Source: Gammaproteobacteria bacterium
Lineage (GTDB): Bacteria > Pseudomonadota > Gammaproteobacteria > Ga0077554 > Ga007554
Assembly: GCA_016191235.1 (NCBI GenBank)
Contig: JACPOZ010000030.1
Coordinates: forward strand, 3,924 to 67,923
Length of the DNA stretch: 64,000 nt
Direction: 5' to 3'
Under the pieces are notes generated by a model. That model ran no database searches, was not told where the DNA came from, and saw nothing but the letters and a program-made list of their open reading frames with translations. The translations under genes and the position numbers were made by a program. This document shows positions 19,318 to 30,985 of this stretch, one piece after another (position 1 is the stretch's first letter; the number at the start of each line of letters is the position of its first letter).

Positions 19318-22233
19318 GCGAAACCCGTCTTCTTCAGGTGTTCGGCAGCCTTGCCCATTCCAAGCTCCAGCGCCTTCTGGGCATACCAGAGCCTGGTTTC
19401 CGGGTCGCTGAGTTTATCCAACAGGGTGAGATTGCTGCGCCAAGGCAATTGTGCAACGGTGCGTTGCACAATTGCCCGATCCGGCCAGGCATCTGCGAAT
19501 GTCCGCATGTACTTGAGGTTTCGCGGCGAGAATCCGGTCGTGCCGGGGAATGCGGTTTTCAAGTCATGGGAAATTACCTTCGCCCCCCACCCCTCCTGAT
19601 ACTGGCGTTCCAGAATGGATCGGCCGATGTCCCAATACATGAGTACCATGGCGGCATTGGCCGACAATACGGTTTTGATGCGCTCATGGGCTATGCGCTC
19701 TTTTATGTCGACTAAGAGTGTAGCGTAACCTTCAGGCATTGCGGCCAGGGTGTCGGGAACAGACATCAGCACGTCCGGTTTTGCCGTGCCACGGTTCTTG
19801 CGTCTGTCTGTCGGCTTGGCGACTTGATTCACCATCTGCGGCAGAGGGGTTTCGTAGCGTTCGGCCAACTCCTTCACGCGCTGGGTGAGCGCCTGGCTGA
19901 TGCGGTCCATCTCGCCGTGGATGGCGGCGGCGATGGCGGCCAGCCATTTATCTTCCACCACCAGCGTCTTGATCTCCGCCTCGGTGAGCGTGGGGTATTT
20001 GGCATAGGCCAGTGCGTCGAGCTTGGCCTCGGCGTCTTTCAGGGTTTTCTTGAGTTCAGCGTCCTGCGTGCTTAATTTCAGCCAAGCATTGAGGGCATGG
20101 GCCTCTTTCTTAGCCGCCTTGTCGCCTTTAATTTCTTTCAGGCGGGCGCTGACGTTGGCCTTGTTCACCTTGTCCAGCTCGGCAAACGCACCTTCTTCAC
20201 CGCCGTGTTCCTCTTCCAGTTCGGTCATCTGGGCGGCCACGCTTTCCAGCGCGGCCGCCTGCTGCGCGGTGAAGTAGCGATCCACGATGAGCGGTTTAGG
20301 TATAAGGTCGCAAGCCCAGCCTTTGTCCACTTCTTTGACTGTTTTGCCTTCCTTGTTTTTCTTGACTTCAATAACCCGGTAAGTCGTCGCCTTCCAGCCA
20401 TCTGAAGCGATCAGGTAACAATCGTCCTGCATGGTGGCAGCCCAATAGTCCATCAGGTGTTGATAGACGTCGTATTTATCAATCAGCGGCTGCGCCGTGT
20501 AGTGGGCGAGCAGGTCTTCAGCGAGCTCGTGGATGATATTTTTGGGGTGGCAACCTGCCTGCAAAGCCTTGAGCGTTTCACAACTGCGCTGTTGCCAGTC
20601 GGCAAACAGGGCATTCATGCTCTCGATGAAGCTGACGAACTCTGGATGCTGGTAGATGGTGGGCTTGATGGCTTGCTTGGAGACGGCCAGATCAAGGTAG
20701 CCGGGGCGCTTATCGGAAAGGTCGCGTAGCGAGACCGCGTCCCTCTCACCCGCTTGCGGAAGAGAGTTAGGAGAGAGGGGAACAGCTTTAAACAATGTCT
20801 TCCGAAGTCGTGGGCAAACATCCCAATACGGCTGCAAGGCATCCACGTCGGCTTTGGGGATGCCACCCTTCAGGTGCCCCTCGATGTCCTGAATATCTTC
20901 GACTTGCTGGCTGTCGATGTAGCGCGGGAGGTTGAGGTTGAATTCGTTCTTCTCGATCTCCTCGACGCTGACCATGCGCGAGTATTTGGGAATTTCCAGC
21001 CGCTTGTTGAAGGCATCGACGATCTGGTGAATGTCCATGTCGCGCAGGCGGTTCTTGGGGCCGTCCTTCATGTAGCCGCCGCTGGCGTCGATCATGAAGA
21101 TGCCCTTGCAGGTGTGGGCGTTTTCTTTGTCGATGACGATGATGCAGGCGGGAATGCCGGTGCCGTAGAACAGGTTGGCGGGCAGGCCGATAATGCCCTT
21201 GATGTAGCCTTTGCGGATGAGGTTCTTGCGGATGTCGGCCTCGGCATTGCCACGAAACAGAACGCCGTGCGGCAGAATGCAGGCGCCTTTGCCCGTGCTT
21301 TTCAGCGAGCGCACGATGTGCAGCAGGTAGGCGTAATCGCCTTGCTTGGCAGGTGGTGTGCCAAAATGTTGGAAGCGCTCGTGCGGATCGTTGAGCGGGT
21401 CGATGCCCGTGCTCCAGCGCTTGTCGCTGAAGGGCGGATTGGCAACGACGTAGTCGAAGGTTTTGAGCTGGCCATCCTCGCTTGTAAACAGCGGATTAGC
21501 CAGCGTATTGCCCTGCTTGATCAGCGCCGTTGGGTTGTTGTGCAGGATCATGTTCATGCGCGCCAGGCCAGAGGTGGCGGCGTCTTTCTCCTGCCCGTAA
21601 AGCGTGACCTTGGCTCTGGCTTCATCGCCCACTTTCAGCAGCAGCGAACCGGAACCGCAGGTCGGGTCATAAACAGTGGTATTGTTGCTGGTATGGGCAT
21701 CGTGAATGCCGATGATCTGCGCCATGATGCGGCTGACCTCGGCGGGTGTGTAGAACTGGCCCTTGCTCTTGCCACTCTCGGTAGCGAAGTGGCGCATCAG
21801 GTATTCATAAGCATCGTCCAGAATGTCATCGCCCTCCGCGCGGTTCTTTGAAAAGTCGAGCGCCTTGTTTTCAAAGATGGCGATCAGGTTGGTGAGCCGC
21901 TCTACAATTTCCGAGCCGCTGCCCAGCTTGCTGGGATCATTGAAGTCCGGCATGTCGGACAGCTTGTTGGCATTAGCCAGCGGCGCGATGATTTTCTTGT
22001 TGATCTGGTCACCGATGTCGGGCTTACCCTTTGAGCGCGACCATGTCCTTGAAGCTGGCACCTTCCGGGATGGTGATCGGTGCGAAAGGTACACCGGCGT
22101 ATTTGTCGCTGACGTACTTGATGAACAGCATGACCAGGACGTAGTCCTTGTATTGGCTGGCGTCCATGCCGCCGCGCAGCTCATCGCAACTGGACCAGAG
22201 GGAGAAATAGAGTTCGGATTTTTTCAGGGCCAT
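19314..22233 (-). pseudogene. hsdM: Type I R-M methyltransferase subunit M, frameshifted at ~22026, with an in-frame DUF1016-N insertion near the C-terminus
   Basis: The N-terminus MALKKSELY...DELRGGMD (22233-22024) stops at CTC AAA GGG TAA. The rest continues in another frame (GKPDIGDQ, KGQFYTP, YDPTCGSG, NPPF). Confidence 0.88.
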
Positions 22234-22629
22234 GTGGGTTTAAACGCTTTTTCTTTGATAGAAGTGCAGAAAAGTTGGGGGCGGGTGATTAAGCAGTACG
22301 ACGATTTTGGCTTATATCGAACAGCTTGTCATCTTTGTCGGGCATTGATTGTCAGGTATTAAATTAAATGAAAAAAGAAAGTCCGATTATGGCCGTTTTT
22401 CGACATGCGGGAGTCGACCCTGAGCAGATATTCAGTGGGGAAGTGACAGGGGCAATGGAATTTCAGGTAAGGCGCGACAGCGCCTCGGCGGTGAATCATT
22501 TACCTGGCGGTGGCTGTGGCTGGCATCTGATCGTTCATGCCTGCTATAATCAACCTGTTATTTTCTATCCATTTTGTGCATGGGCATGGCTGTGGTGACC
22601 TGCAGGCTGTGCGGCAAGGTGCTCTTAAA

Positions 22630-23442
22630 GTGTCAAAAAACAACGATGAGCCTATCGTAAAAATCCGCAGCTTGCGTTTCGCGCATGGGACCCGCGTGAT
22701 TTTTGACGGCGTGGACATCGACATCCCGCGCGGCAAGATTACCGCTATCATGGGTCCCAGCGGCACGGGCAAGACCACGCTGCTGAAACTGATCGGCGGT
22801 CAGTTGCAGCCCAATGCGGGCAGCGTCGTGGTGGACGGCGAGGACGTCAACAAAGTGTCCCGTGATGCGCTGTTCCGCTTGCGCAAGCGCATGAGCCTGT
22901 TGTTCCAGACCGGCGCGCTGTTTACCGATCTCACCGTATTCGAAAACGTGGCCTTTCCGTTGCGCGAGCACACCCGTTTGCCCGAGTCGATACTGCGCGA
23001 CCTGGTGCTGATGAAGCTGCAGGCGGTAGGTCTGCGCGGTGCACGCGACCTGCTGCCTGCCGAATTGTCGGGCGGCATGGCGCGGCGTGTGGCGCTGGCC
23101 AGGGCCATTGCGCTGGACCCGATGATGATTATGTACGATGAGCCCTTCACCGGCCAGGATCCGATCACTGTGGGCGTGATCATGCAGCTTATCCGTATGC
23201 TCAACGACACCTTGGGGCTGACCAGCATCATTGTTTCTCACGATGTGCATGAGTTGACGATGATTTGCGACCATATGTACATGATCTCGGGCGGCAAGGT
23301 GATGGGACACGGGACGCCCGATGATATGGCCCACTCGGAATCGGGCTGGGTGAGGCAGTTCATGTCCGGATTGCCGGATGGCCCGGTGCCGTTCCACTAT
23401 CCGGCGCCGGATTACGCCGACGATCTGTTGGCTGGGGCATAA
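22630..23442 (+). CDS. mlaF: Mla ABC transporter ATPase
   Basis: GPSGTGKT, LSGGMARRVALARAIALDP, YDEPFTGQDP, GPVPFHYP; GTG start at 22630 inferred. Confidence 0.93.
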   Translation: MSKNNDEPIVKIRSLRFAHGTRVIFDGVDIDIPRGKITAIMGPSGTGKTTLLKLIGGQLQPNAGSVVVDGEDVNKVSRDALFRLRKRMSLLFQTGALFTDLTVFENVAFPLREHTRLPESILRDLVLMKLQAVGLRGARDLLPAELSGGMARRVALARAIALDPMMIMYDEPFTGQDPITVGVIMQLIRMLNDTLGLTSIIVSHDVHELTMICDHMYMISGGKVMGHGTPDDMAHSESGWVRQFMSGLPDGPVPFHYPAPDYADDLLAGA

Positions 23443-23480
23443 CGAATGAAAACACATTTTATACCTGAGGTATACGCTGC

Positions 23481-24263
23481 ATGATGGGATGGTTGCAGCG
23501 GCTGGGAAGCACCAGCCTGAGTGTTTTTGAACGGTTGGGGCGCGGCAATCTGTTCCTGTTACGCATACTGGCTGCCCTGCCCAGTCTGGTGCTGCGACCG
23601 GGGCTGGTAATCGCACAGCTTTATTCTGTAGGTGTGTTGTCAATGACGCTGATCGTCATTTCCGGGCTTAACGTAGGCATGGTGCTGGGCCTGCAAGGAT
23701 ATAATACCCTGGTGGATTTTGGCTCCGAGGAGTCCTTGGGGCAACTGGTTGCCCTGTCGCTGGTGCGTGAATTGGGGCCAGTTGTGGCAGCGCTGCTGTT
23801 CGCCGGGCGGGCCGGGTCAGCATTGACCGCCGAGATCGGGCTGATGAAGGCCACTGAGCAGCTCTCCGGGATGGAGATGATGGCGGTCGATCCGCTCAAG
23901 CGTGTGGTCGCGCCCCGTTTTATTGCCGGTATCATTTCCATGCCGCTGCTGGCGGCAATGTTCAGTGCAGTGGGTGTGCTGGGTGGTTTTTTTGTCGGTG
24001 TCGGTCTGCTCGGTGTGGACAGCGGAGCGTTCTGGTCGCAAATGCAGTCCAAGGTCGATCTGTATGACGACATCCTTAACGGCGTGATTAAAAGCATTGT
24101 GTTCGGTTGTGTGGCGGCCTGGATCGCGGTTTTTGAAGGGTACGACGCAGTGCCGAACACGGAAGGTGTGAGCCGCGCCACCACGCGTACCGTGGTGCAT
24201 ACGGCGTTTGCCGTGCTGGGGCTGGATTTCATATTGACTGCGCTGATGTTTGGGGACGAATAA
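23481..24263 (+). CDS. mlaE: Mla ABC transporter permease
   Basis: [34 protein letters not shown]. Confidence 0.95.
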   Translation: MMGWLQRLGSTSLSVFERLGRGNLFLLRILAALPSLVLRPGLVIAQLYSVGVLSMTLIVISGLNVGMVLGLQGYNTLVDFGSEESLGQLVALSLVRELGPVVAALLFAGRAGSALTAEIGLMKATEQLSGMEMMAVDPLKRVVAPRFIAGIISMPLLAAMFSAVGVLGGFFVGVGLLGVDSGAFWSQMQSKVDLYDDILNGVIKSIVFGCVAAWIAVFEGYDAVPNTEGVSRATTRTVVHTAFAVLGLDFILTALMFGDE

Positions 24264-24264
24264 G

Positions 24265-24759
24265 ATGATGCAGAAAAGAACCATAGAGATCGGGGTGGGT
24301 GTGTTCGTTGCGGCGGGCATTGCTGCATTGGTGATGTTGGCCATGAAGGTCAGCAACCTGGCCGCCTTCACCAACCAGCAGGGCTACGAAGTCACCGCCC
24401 GGTTTGACAATATTGGTGGACTCAAGGAGCGTTCGGCTGTAACAGTGGCGGGTGTGCGCATTGGCCGGGTGAAGTCGATCGTGTTCGACGACAAGGATTA
24501 TGAGGCCGTGGTCACGATGAATATCGAATCCCAACATGACCGCTTGCCCGCCGACACCTCCGCAAGCATTTTGACCGCAGGGCTGCTGGGCGAGCAGTAT
24601 GTGGCGCTGGAACCGGGTGGCGACGAAGCCTTTCTGAAGCCGGGCGGAGATATCAAGCTTACCCAGTCGGCGATTATTCTGGAGAAGATGGTGGGCCAGT
24701 TCTTGTTTGACAAGGCGGCTGGTGGGGATGGGAAAAAAGAAGAAGGGGCTGCGCCGTGA
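24265..24759 (+). CDS. mlaD: MCE-domain protein MlaD
   Basis: FDNIGGLK...GVRIGRV, TAGLLGEQYV; single MCE domain. Confidence 0.94.
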   Translation: MMQKRTIEIGVGVFVAAGIAALVMLAMKVSNLAAFTNQQGYEVTARFDNIGGLKERSAVTVAGVRIGRVKSIVFDDKDYEAVVTMNIESQHDRLPADTSASILTAGLLGEQYVALEPGGDEAFLKPGGDIKLTQSAIILEKMVGQFLFDKAAGGDGKKEEGAAP

Positions 24760-26120
24760 TGCGGATCGGGTTAGCGGGGCTGGTGGGGTTGCTGGCCTGT
24801 GTGAATGCGGCAGCGGAAACCGTGCCGCTGACACTGGAACAGGCAACGGCGCGCGCCTTGCAGACAGATCCGCGCGTTACCGAGCGCCAGCGTCTCGTCG
24901 ATGCTGCGCAGGCGTTGCTTGCGGAAGTGAACGGCAACGAGGGCTGGAGGTTTGACGCCAATACCTTTCTCGCGGTGTCACCGGGTGCGAATGGCAATAT
25001 ATTCAAGGGCGGCGACTGCGCCCCCGGCAGTTGCACCCTGCGTTCTGATAGATATGACATGAGCAATGGCTTTTCGCCCTGGGTCAACTTGCAGATGACC
25101 ATACTCAAGCCCCTGTACACTTTTGGCAAGGTTGAAAATTACGCTGCCGCCGCGCGCGCCAATATTGAGGTCAAGGACAACGATGTGCGCTTGCAGCGCG
25201 CCACGACGGTGCTGGATGTGCAGCGCGCCTACTATGGTTGTCTGGCGGCGCGTGACGCGCGGTTGTTTTTATCGGATGTCAAGGAACGCGTTGCCAAGAC
25301 CATCGATCTCGCCAAGAGATGGCTGGACGATGGGCAGGGCGACATCAGACAAGCCGACGTATTCGCACTCCAGGCCGCGCATTCGCTGGTGAGTAGATAT
25401 ATAGCCCAAGCCGAAGGCATGGAGAAAGTTGCTAACGATGGATTGAAGGTGCTCGCCGGCATCGCTGCGCAAGATGAGATTCAGCTTGCCGACGACACCT
25501 TGGCCCCGGTGCTGTTGCCTGAGGCCAAATTACCTGAACTCCAGGATCAGGCGCTGGCCAATCGGCCTGAGATGAAGCAGGTGGATGCGGGATTGCGTGC
25601 CCGCCGCGCCTTGGTAGAGGCGCGCCAGGCCGACAAATTGCCAAATGTGTATGCGGGTGTGGCGGGGGTCCTTTCTTACTCTCCCAACCGCGACAATCTC
25701 AAGAACCCGTACATCTACGATCCTTTCAACACCGCCGGTTTGACGCCGATGATCGGTCTCCAGTGGGCTTGGCAGCCGCGGGCGCAGGACGCAAAAGTTG
25801 CGCAAGAGCAGGCGGAATTGAATGCGTTGCTCGCCAAGTCGGATTTTGCCCGGCGCGGCATCCCATTCCAGGTGGCGGAGCAGTACCATCAGATGCAGGC
25901 GGACTTTACGGCGGTGCGGGAATTGAGTGAAGGCAGCCGCAATGCGCGGCGCTGGATGATCGGGCGCTATGCGGATTTTGAGGCTGGCCTTGAAACGGCG
26001 GATCGGGTTATCACCGCCTTCCAGGGGTACGTGTTGGCACAGACTGACTATATCAAGACGGTGTATGATTTCAACATGCATGTAGCGCAATTGCGCAATG
26101 TAACCGGAGCGGACGAATGA
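24756..26120 (+). CDS. TolC-family outer membrane channel
   Basis: Signal peptide, LTLEQATARAL, KPLYTFGK, ALANRPEMKQ, C-terminal YDFNMHVAQLRNVTG; two-repeat OEP-like pattern. Confidence 0.8.
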   Translation: MMRIGLAGLVGLLACVNAAAETVPLTLEQATARALQTDPRVTERQRLVDAAQALLAEVNGNEGWRFDANTFLAVSPGANGNIFKGGDCAPGSCTLRSDRYDMSNGFSPWVNLQMTILKPLYTFGKVENYAAAARANIEVKDNDVRLQRATTVLDVQRAYYGCLAARDARLFLSDVKERVAKTIDLAKRWLDDGQGDIRQADVFALQAAHSLVSRYIAQAEGMEKVANDGLKVLAGIAAQDEIQLADDTLAPVLLPEAKLPELQDQALANRPEMKQVDAGLRARRALVEARQADKLPNVYAGVAGVLSYSPNRDNLKNPYIYDPFNTAGLTPMIGLQWAWQPRAQDAKVAQEQAELNALLAKSDFARRGIPFQVAEQYHQMQADFTAVRELSEGSRNARRWMIGRYADFEAGLETADRVITAFQGYVLAQTDYIKTVYDFNMHVAQLRNVTGADE

Positions 26121-26746
26121 AAAAATTGATTGCTGCGATGCTGTTGCTGTGTATGGCGGGGTTTGCGCCGGTGGGCGTAAGCGCCAACGTGCCTCAACCG
26201 CCGCAGGATATGGTGAAGCAGACCGCCGACAGCATGCTTGCCAAGCTCAAGGAAGAGAGGGTTGTGATACGTAAGGACCCAGGCCGGATTTACGACCTGG
26301 TCAGCAGTATTGTTTTGCCGCACTTTGACTTTGAGCGCATGTCGTCATGGGTGCTGGGCAAGTATTGGCGCACCGCCACCCCAGCGCAGAAAAAACGCTT
26401 CAGCGAAGAGTTCCGCAATCTGCTGGTGCGTACCTATGCCACCTCGTTGACCGAGTATACGGACCGCAAGATTAACTACCTGCCGTTTCGCGCCGACCCC
26501 AATGATACCGACGTGACGGTGCGTACCGAGGTGGCTCAGCCGGGTGCCGCATCGATCCCTATCGATTACCGGCTTGCACTCACGAATGACGAGTGGAAGG
26601 TTTACGATGTGTCCATCGACAGTGTCAGTCTAGTGACAAACTACCGCACGACGTTTGCCAATCAGATCCGGCAAGAAGGGTTGGACAAGCTTATCGAAAA
26701 ACTCGCTACGCGCAACGAGAAATCCAGCGCGCCTTCCGCCAAATGA
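26117..26746 (+). CDS. mlaC: Periplasmic lipid shuttle MlaC
   Basis: PHFDFERMS..VLG..W, LLVRTYA, WKVYDVSIDSVSLVTNYR. Confidence 0.92.
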   Translation: MKKLIAAMLLLCMAGFAPVGVSANVPQPPQDMVKQTADSMLAKLKEERVVIRKDPGRIYDLVSSIVLPHFDFERMSSWVLGKYWRTATPAQKKRFSEEFRNLLVRTYATSLTEYTDRKINYLPFRADPNDTDVTVRTEVAQPGAASIPIDYRLALTNDEWKVYDVSIDSVSLVTNYRTTFANQIRQEGLDKLIEKLATRNEKSSAPSAK

Positions 26747-27042
26747 GCGACGTTGAGATCAAGCCGCTTGGGGATGGCGGCTTCCTGCTGTCCGGCGCGC
26801 TGACCTTCGACACCGTACCCGCCCTGTGGCGCCAGAGCGCCGCGCAGTTTAATAGTGCTGATGCGCTTACGCTGGATTTGCAGGGCATTACTCATACCGA
26901 TAGCGCCGGTCTTGCCCTGCTCATAGAATGGATGCGCACCGCACGCAGCCGGAACAAAACTATTGCCTTCAGAAATATACCTCCCCAAATGCTGGCTATC
27001 GCCAAGGTCAGTGGTGTGGAGCAGATCCTCCCGCTTTTGTAG
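26743..27042 (+). CDS. mlaB: STAS-domain protein MlaB
   Basis: LSGALTFDTV, DSAGLALL; ATGA overlap with mlaC. Confidence 0.88.
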   Translation: MSDVEIKPLGDGGFLLSGALTFDTVPALWRQSAAQFNSADALTLDLQGITHTDSAGLALLIEWMRTARSRNKTIAFRNIPPQMLAIAKVSGVEQILPLL

Positions 27043-27132
27043 CGGTGATTATAAAAGTCCTGGTTAAACGCCATGCTCTTCATATGTTTGATACAATAAC
27101 CGTATTTGGTATACGAAAGCAGAGGGTTTCAA

Positions 27133-27378
27133 ATGCAGGCAGAGGATATCAAACGTCTTATTGAGGCGGGATTGCCCGATTGCCAGGCACAGGTTAAGGG
27201 TGATGACGGCGTCCATTTCGAGGCGGTTATCGTTTCGGGCGCGTTCGAGGGCAAGGGCATGCTTGCTCAGCATAAGATGGTCTATGCCACGCTGGGTGAC
27301 CTCATGCATTCGGCGATTCATGCCTTGTCCATGCGCACGTATACCCCGCAGGAGTGGGAAAAGATACCCCCGCAGTGA
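27133..27378 (+). CDS. BolA/IbaG family protein
   Basis: GDDGVHF, IHALSMRTYTP; between mlaB and murA. Confidence 0.9.
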   Translation: MQAEDIKRLIEAGLPDCQAQVKGDDGVHFEAVIVSGAFEGKGMLAQHKMVYATLGDLMHSAIHALSMRTYTPQEWEKIPPQ

Positions 27379-27444
27379 TGAAGCGTGGCCCCGGCTGTTG
27401 CCGGGGTTAATTTACCACCTACCCATCTTGTTATTACTCTTTAA

Positions 27445-28716
<1,272 letters not shown>

Positions 28717-28731
28717 CAAATGTGGTTTATG

Positions 28732-28938
28732 GAAACTCTGAAAAATCCATCCGTGGATTTTTCAGAGACGAAAACCAAAAAATGTGATTTTTGTTTTTCT
28801 TCATTTCTCGAACACTTACGTGTTCGAGAAATGGCGGTGCATCCATGCACCGCACGGAACCTCTAATAAATCAGAGGTTCCTTATTATTACGCGCTTTCC
28901 CCCTCTCCCGCCTGCGGGAGAGGGTTGGGGAGAGGGGG
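28732..28938. repeat. Cluster of palindromic intergenic repeats
   Basis: CTCTGAAAAATCC/GGATTTTTCAGAG hairpin; GGAACCTCT..AGAGGTTCC (28856-28881); CCCTCTCCCGCCTGCGGGAGAGGG (28901-28924). Confidence 0.7.
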
Positions 28939-29013
28939 AGCGCGTATCATCTGTTTCTGTTATTGTGCGAATTTTAAAGCTTGAATTGACCGATCCCTAA
29001 GCCCCGGCACCTT

Positions 29014-29670
29014 ATGAACACCACGCTCACCATCGCCCTCTCCAAGGGGCGCATCTTCAAAGAGACGCTGCCGTTGCTGGCGCATGCCGGCATCGTGCCG
29101 GTCGATGACCCCGATACCAGCCGCAAACTTATCCTCGACACCAACCATCCCGAGATCAAGCTCGTAATTATTCGCGCTTCCGACGTGCCGACCTATGTGG
29201 AATACGGGGCCGCCGATGTGGGCGTGGCGGGCAAGGACGTATTGATGGAGCATGGTGGTGATGGCTTGTACGAACCGCTGGACCTGAAAATCGCGTGCTG
29301 CCGATTGATGCTGGCGGGTCCCGCCTCGGGGAAAAATGGCGAGGCGCGCATGCGTATCGCCACCAAATATGTCGCCTCCACGCGGCGTTATTTCGCCGCA
29401 CAGGGCAAGCAGGTGGAGATCATCAAGCTCTATGGCTCGATGGAGCTCGCACCGCTGGTGGGGCTGGCGGACCGCATCGTCGATGTCGTGGACACCGGCA
29501 ATACGCTGCGGGCCAATGGCCTGGAGCCGCTTGAGCATATCGCCGACATCAGCTCGCGCCTCATCGTCAACAAGGCATCCATGAAGATGAAGCATGCCGC
29601 AGTCAAAACCTTGATCGAGCGTATTGGTGAGGCGGTCGCCGCCAAAGAACTTATGCAAAGAAAAAAATAG
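29014..29670 (+). CDS. hisG: ATP phosphoribosyltransferase, short form
   Basis: [29 protein letters not shown]; 218 aa. Confidence 0.95.
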   Translation: MNTTLTIALSKGRIFKETLPLLAHAGIVPVDDPDTSRKLILDTNHPEIKLVIIRASDVPTYVEYGAADVGVAGKDVLMEHGGDGLYEPLDLKIACCRLMLAGPASGKNGEARMRIATKYVASTRRYFAAQGKQVEIIKLYGSMELAPLVGLADRIVDVVDTGNTLRANGLEPLEHIADISSRLIVNKASMKMKHAAVKTLIERIGEAVAAKELMQRKK

Positions 29671-29680
29671 GGTGTGAGCC

Positions 29681-30985
29681 ATGGTTGATATCCAGCGATT
29701 GAATACAACACAAGCAGAATTCTGGACGCAACTCGAACAGCGCCTGGCCTGGGAGAGCGTCTCCGATGAGGCGGTGACGCGCACCGTGCGCGATATCCTG
29801 TCCGATGTGCGTAAGCGTGGCGATGCGGCGGTGATCGAATACACCAACCGCTTCGACCGGATGAGCGCGGCACACTTTGACGAGCTGGAGATTCCGCAAA
29901 CCAGCCTGCGGCAGGCGTTGGGGAGAATCCCCGGCGCACAGCGCGAGGCGCTGGAGTTTGCCGTTTCCCGGCTGCGCGCCTACCATGCGTATCAAAAACA
30001 GGAGTCGTGGTCGTATACCGAAGCCGACGGCACAGTGCTCGGCCAGCAGGTGACGGCATTGGAGCGCGTCGGACTGTATGTGCCCGGCGGCAAGGCGACA
30101 TACCCTTCCTCTGTGTTGATGAACGCCATTCCCGCCAAGGTGGCGGGCGTGTCGGAGCTGATCATGGTGGTGCCCACGCCGGATGGTCAGGTGAACGACC
30201 TGGTGCTGGCGGCGGCGGCGATTGTCGGTGTGGACCGCGTGTTCGCCATCGGCGGCGCGCAGGCGGTGGCGGCGCTTGCCTATGGCACGCAAAGCGTACC
30301 ACAGGTGGACAAGATCGTCGGTCCGGGCAACATCTATGTCGCCACTGCCAAGGGCATGGTGTTCGGCACGGTGGGTATCGACATGATCGCCGGTCCCTCG
30401 GAGATCCTGGTGATCTGCGATGGCCACACCGACCCGGACTGGATCGCCATGGATTTGTTTTCGCAGGCCGAGCATGACGAGGATGCGCAGTCGATCCTGG
30501 TGTGCCCTGATGCCGCCTATCTTGATCAGGTGCAGGCCAGCATCAACCGCCTGTTGCCTACCATGGAGCGTGCTACCGTGATTGAAAAATCACTCGCCTC
30601 GCGCGGCGCGATGATCCATGTGCGCGATTTGGACGAGGCTGTTGCCGTTGCCAATTTTATCGCCCCCGAACATCTGGAGCTGTCAGTGGCGGACCCTCAG
30701 GCGATGGCTGCGCATATCCGCCATGCCGGTGCAATTTTCATGGGGCGTTACACTGCCGAGGCGGTGGGCGACTATTGCGCGGGTCCCAACCACGTGCTGC
30801 CCACTTCGCGCACGGCGCGATTTTCTTCGCCGCTCGGGGTGTATGATTTTCAGAAGCGCTCCAGCCTGATCATGTGTTCGGCGCAGGGCGCGTCTGATCT
30901 GGGCAAGACAGCGTCGCTACTGGCGCGCGGCGAAGGCCTCACCGCCCATGCGCGTTCGGCGGAATACCGGATCACCTCGAAATGA
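29681..30985 (+). CDS. hisD: Histidinol dehydrogenase
   Basis: [37 protein letters not shown]. Confidence 0.96.
   Translation: MVDIQRLNTTQAEFWTQLEQRLAWESVSDEAVTRTVRDILSDVRKRGDAAVIEYTNRFDRMSAAHFDELEIPQTSLRQALGRIPGAQREALEFAVSRLRAYHAYQKQESWSYTEADGTVLGQQVTALERVGLYVPGGKATYPSSVLMNAIPAKVAGVSELIMVVPTPDGQVNDLVLAAAAIVGVDRVFAIGGAQAVAALAYGTQSVPQVDKIVGPGNIYVATAKGMVFGTVGIDMIAGPSEILVICDGHTDPDWIAMDLFSQAEHDEDAQSILVCPDAAYLDQVQASINRLLPTMERATVIEKSLASRGAMIHVRDLDEAVAVANFIAPEHLELSVADPQAMAAHIRHAGAIFMGRYTAEAVGDYCAGPNHVLPTSRTARFSSPLGVYDFQKRSSLIMCSAQGASDLGKTASLLARGEGLTAHARSAEYRITSK

Noticed and set aside
19314..22184. 956-aa ORF as an intact HsdM
   Set aside because: Its first ~50 aa are the wrong frame; the true N-terminus is in 22024-22233.
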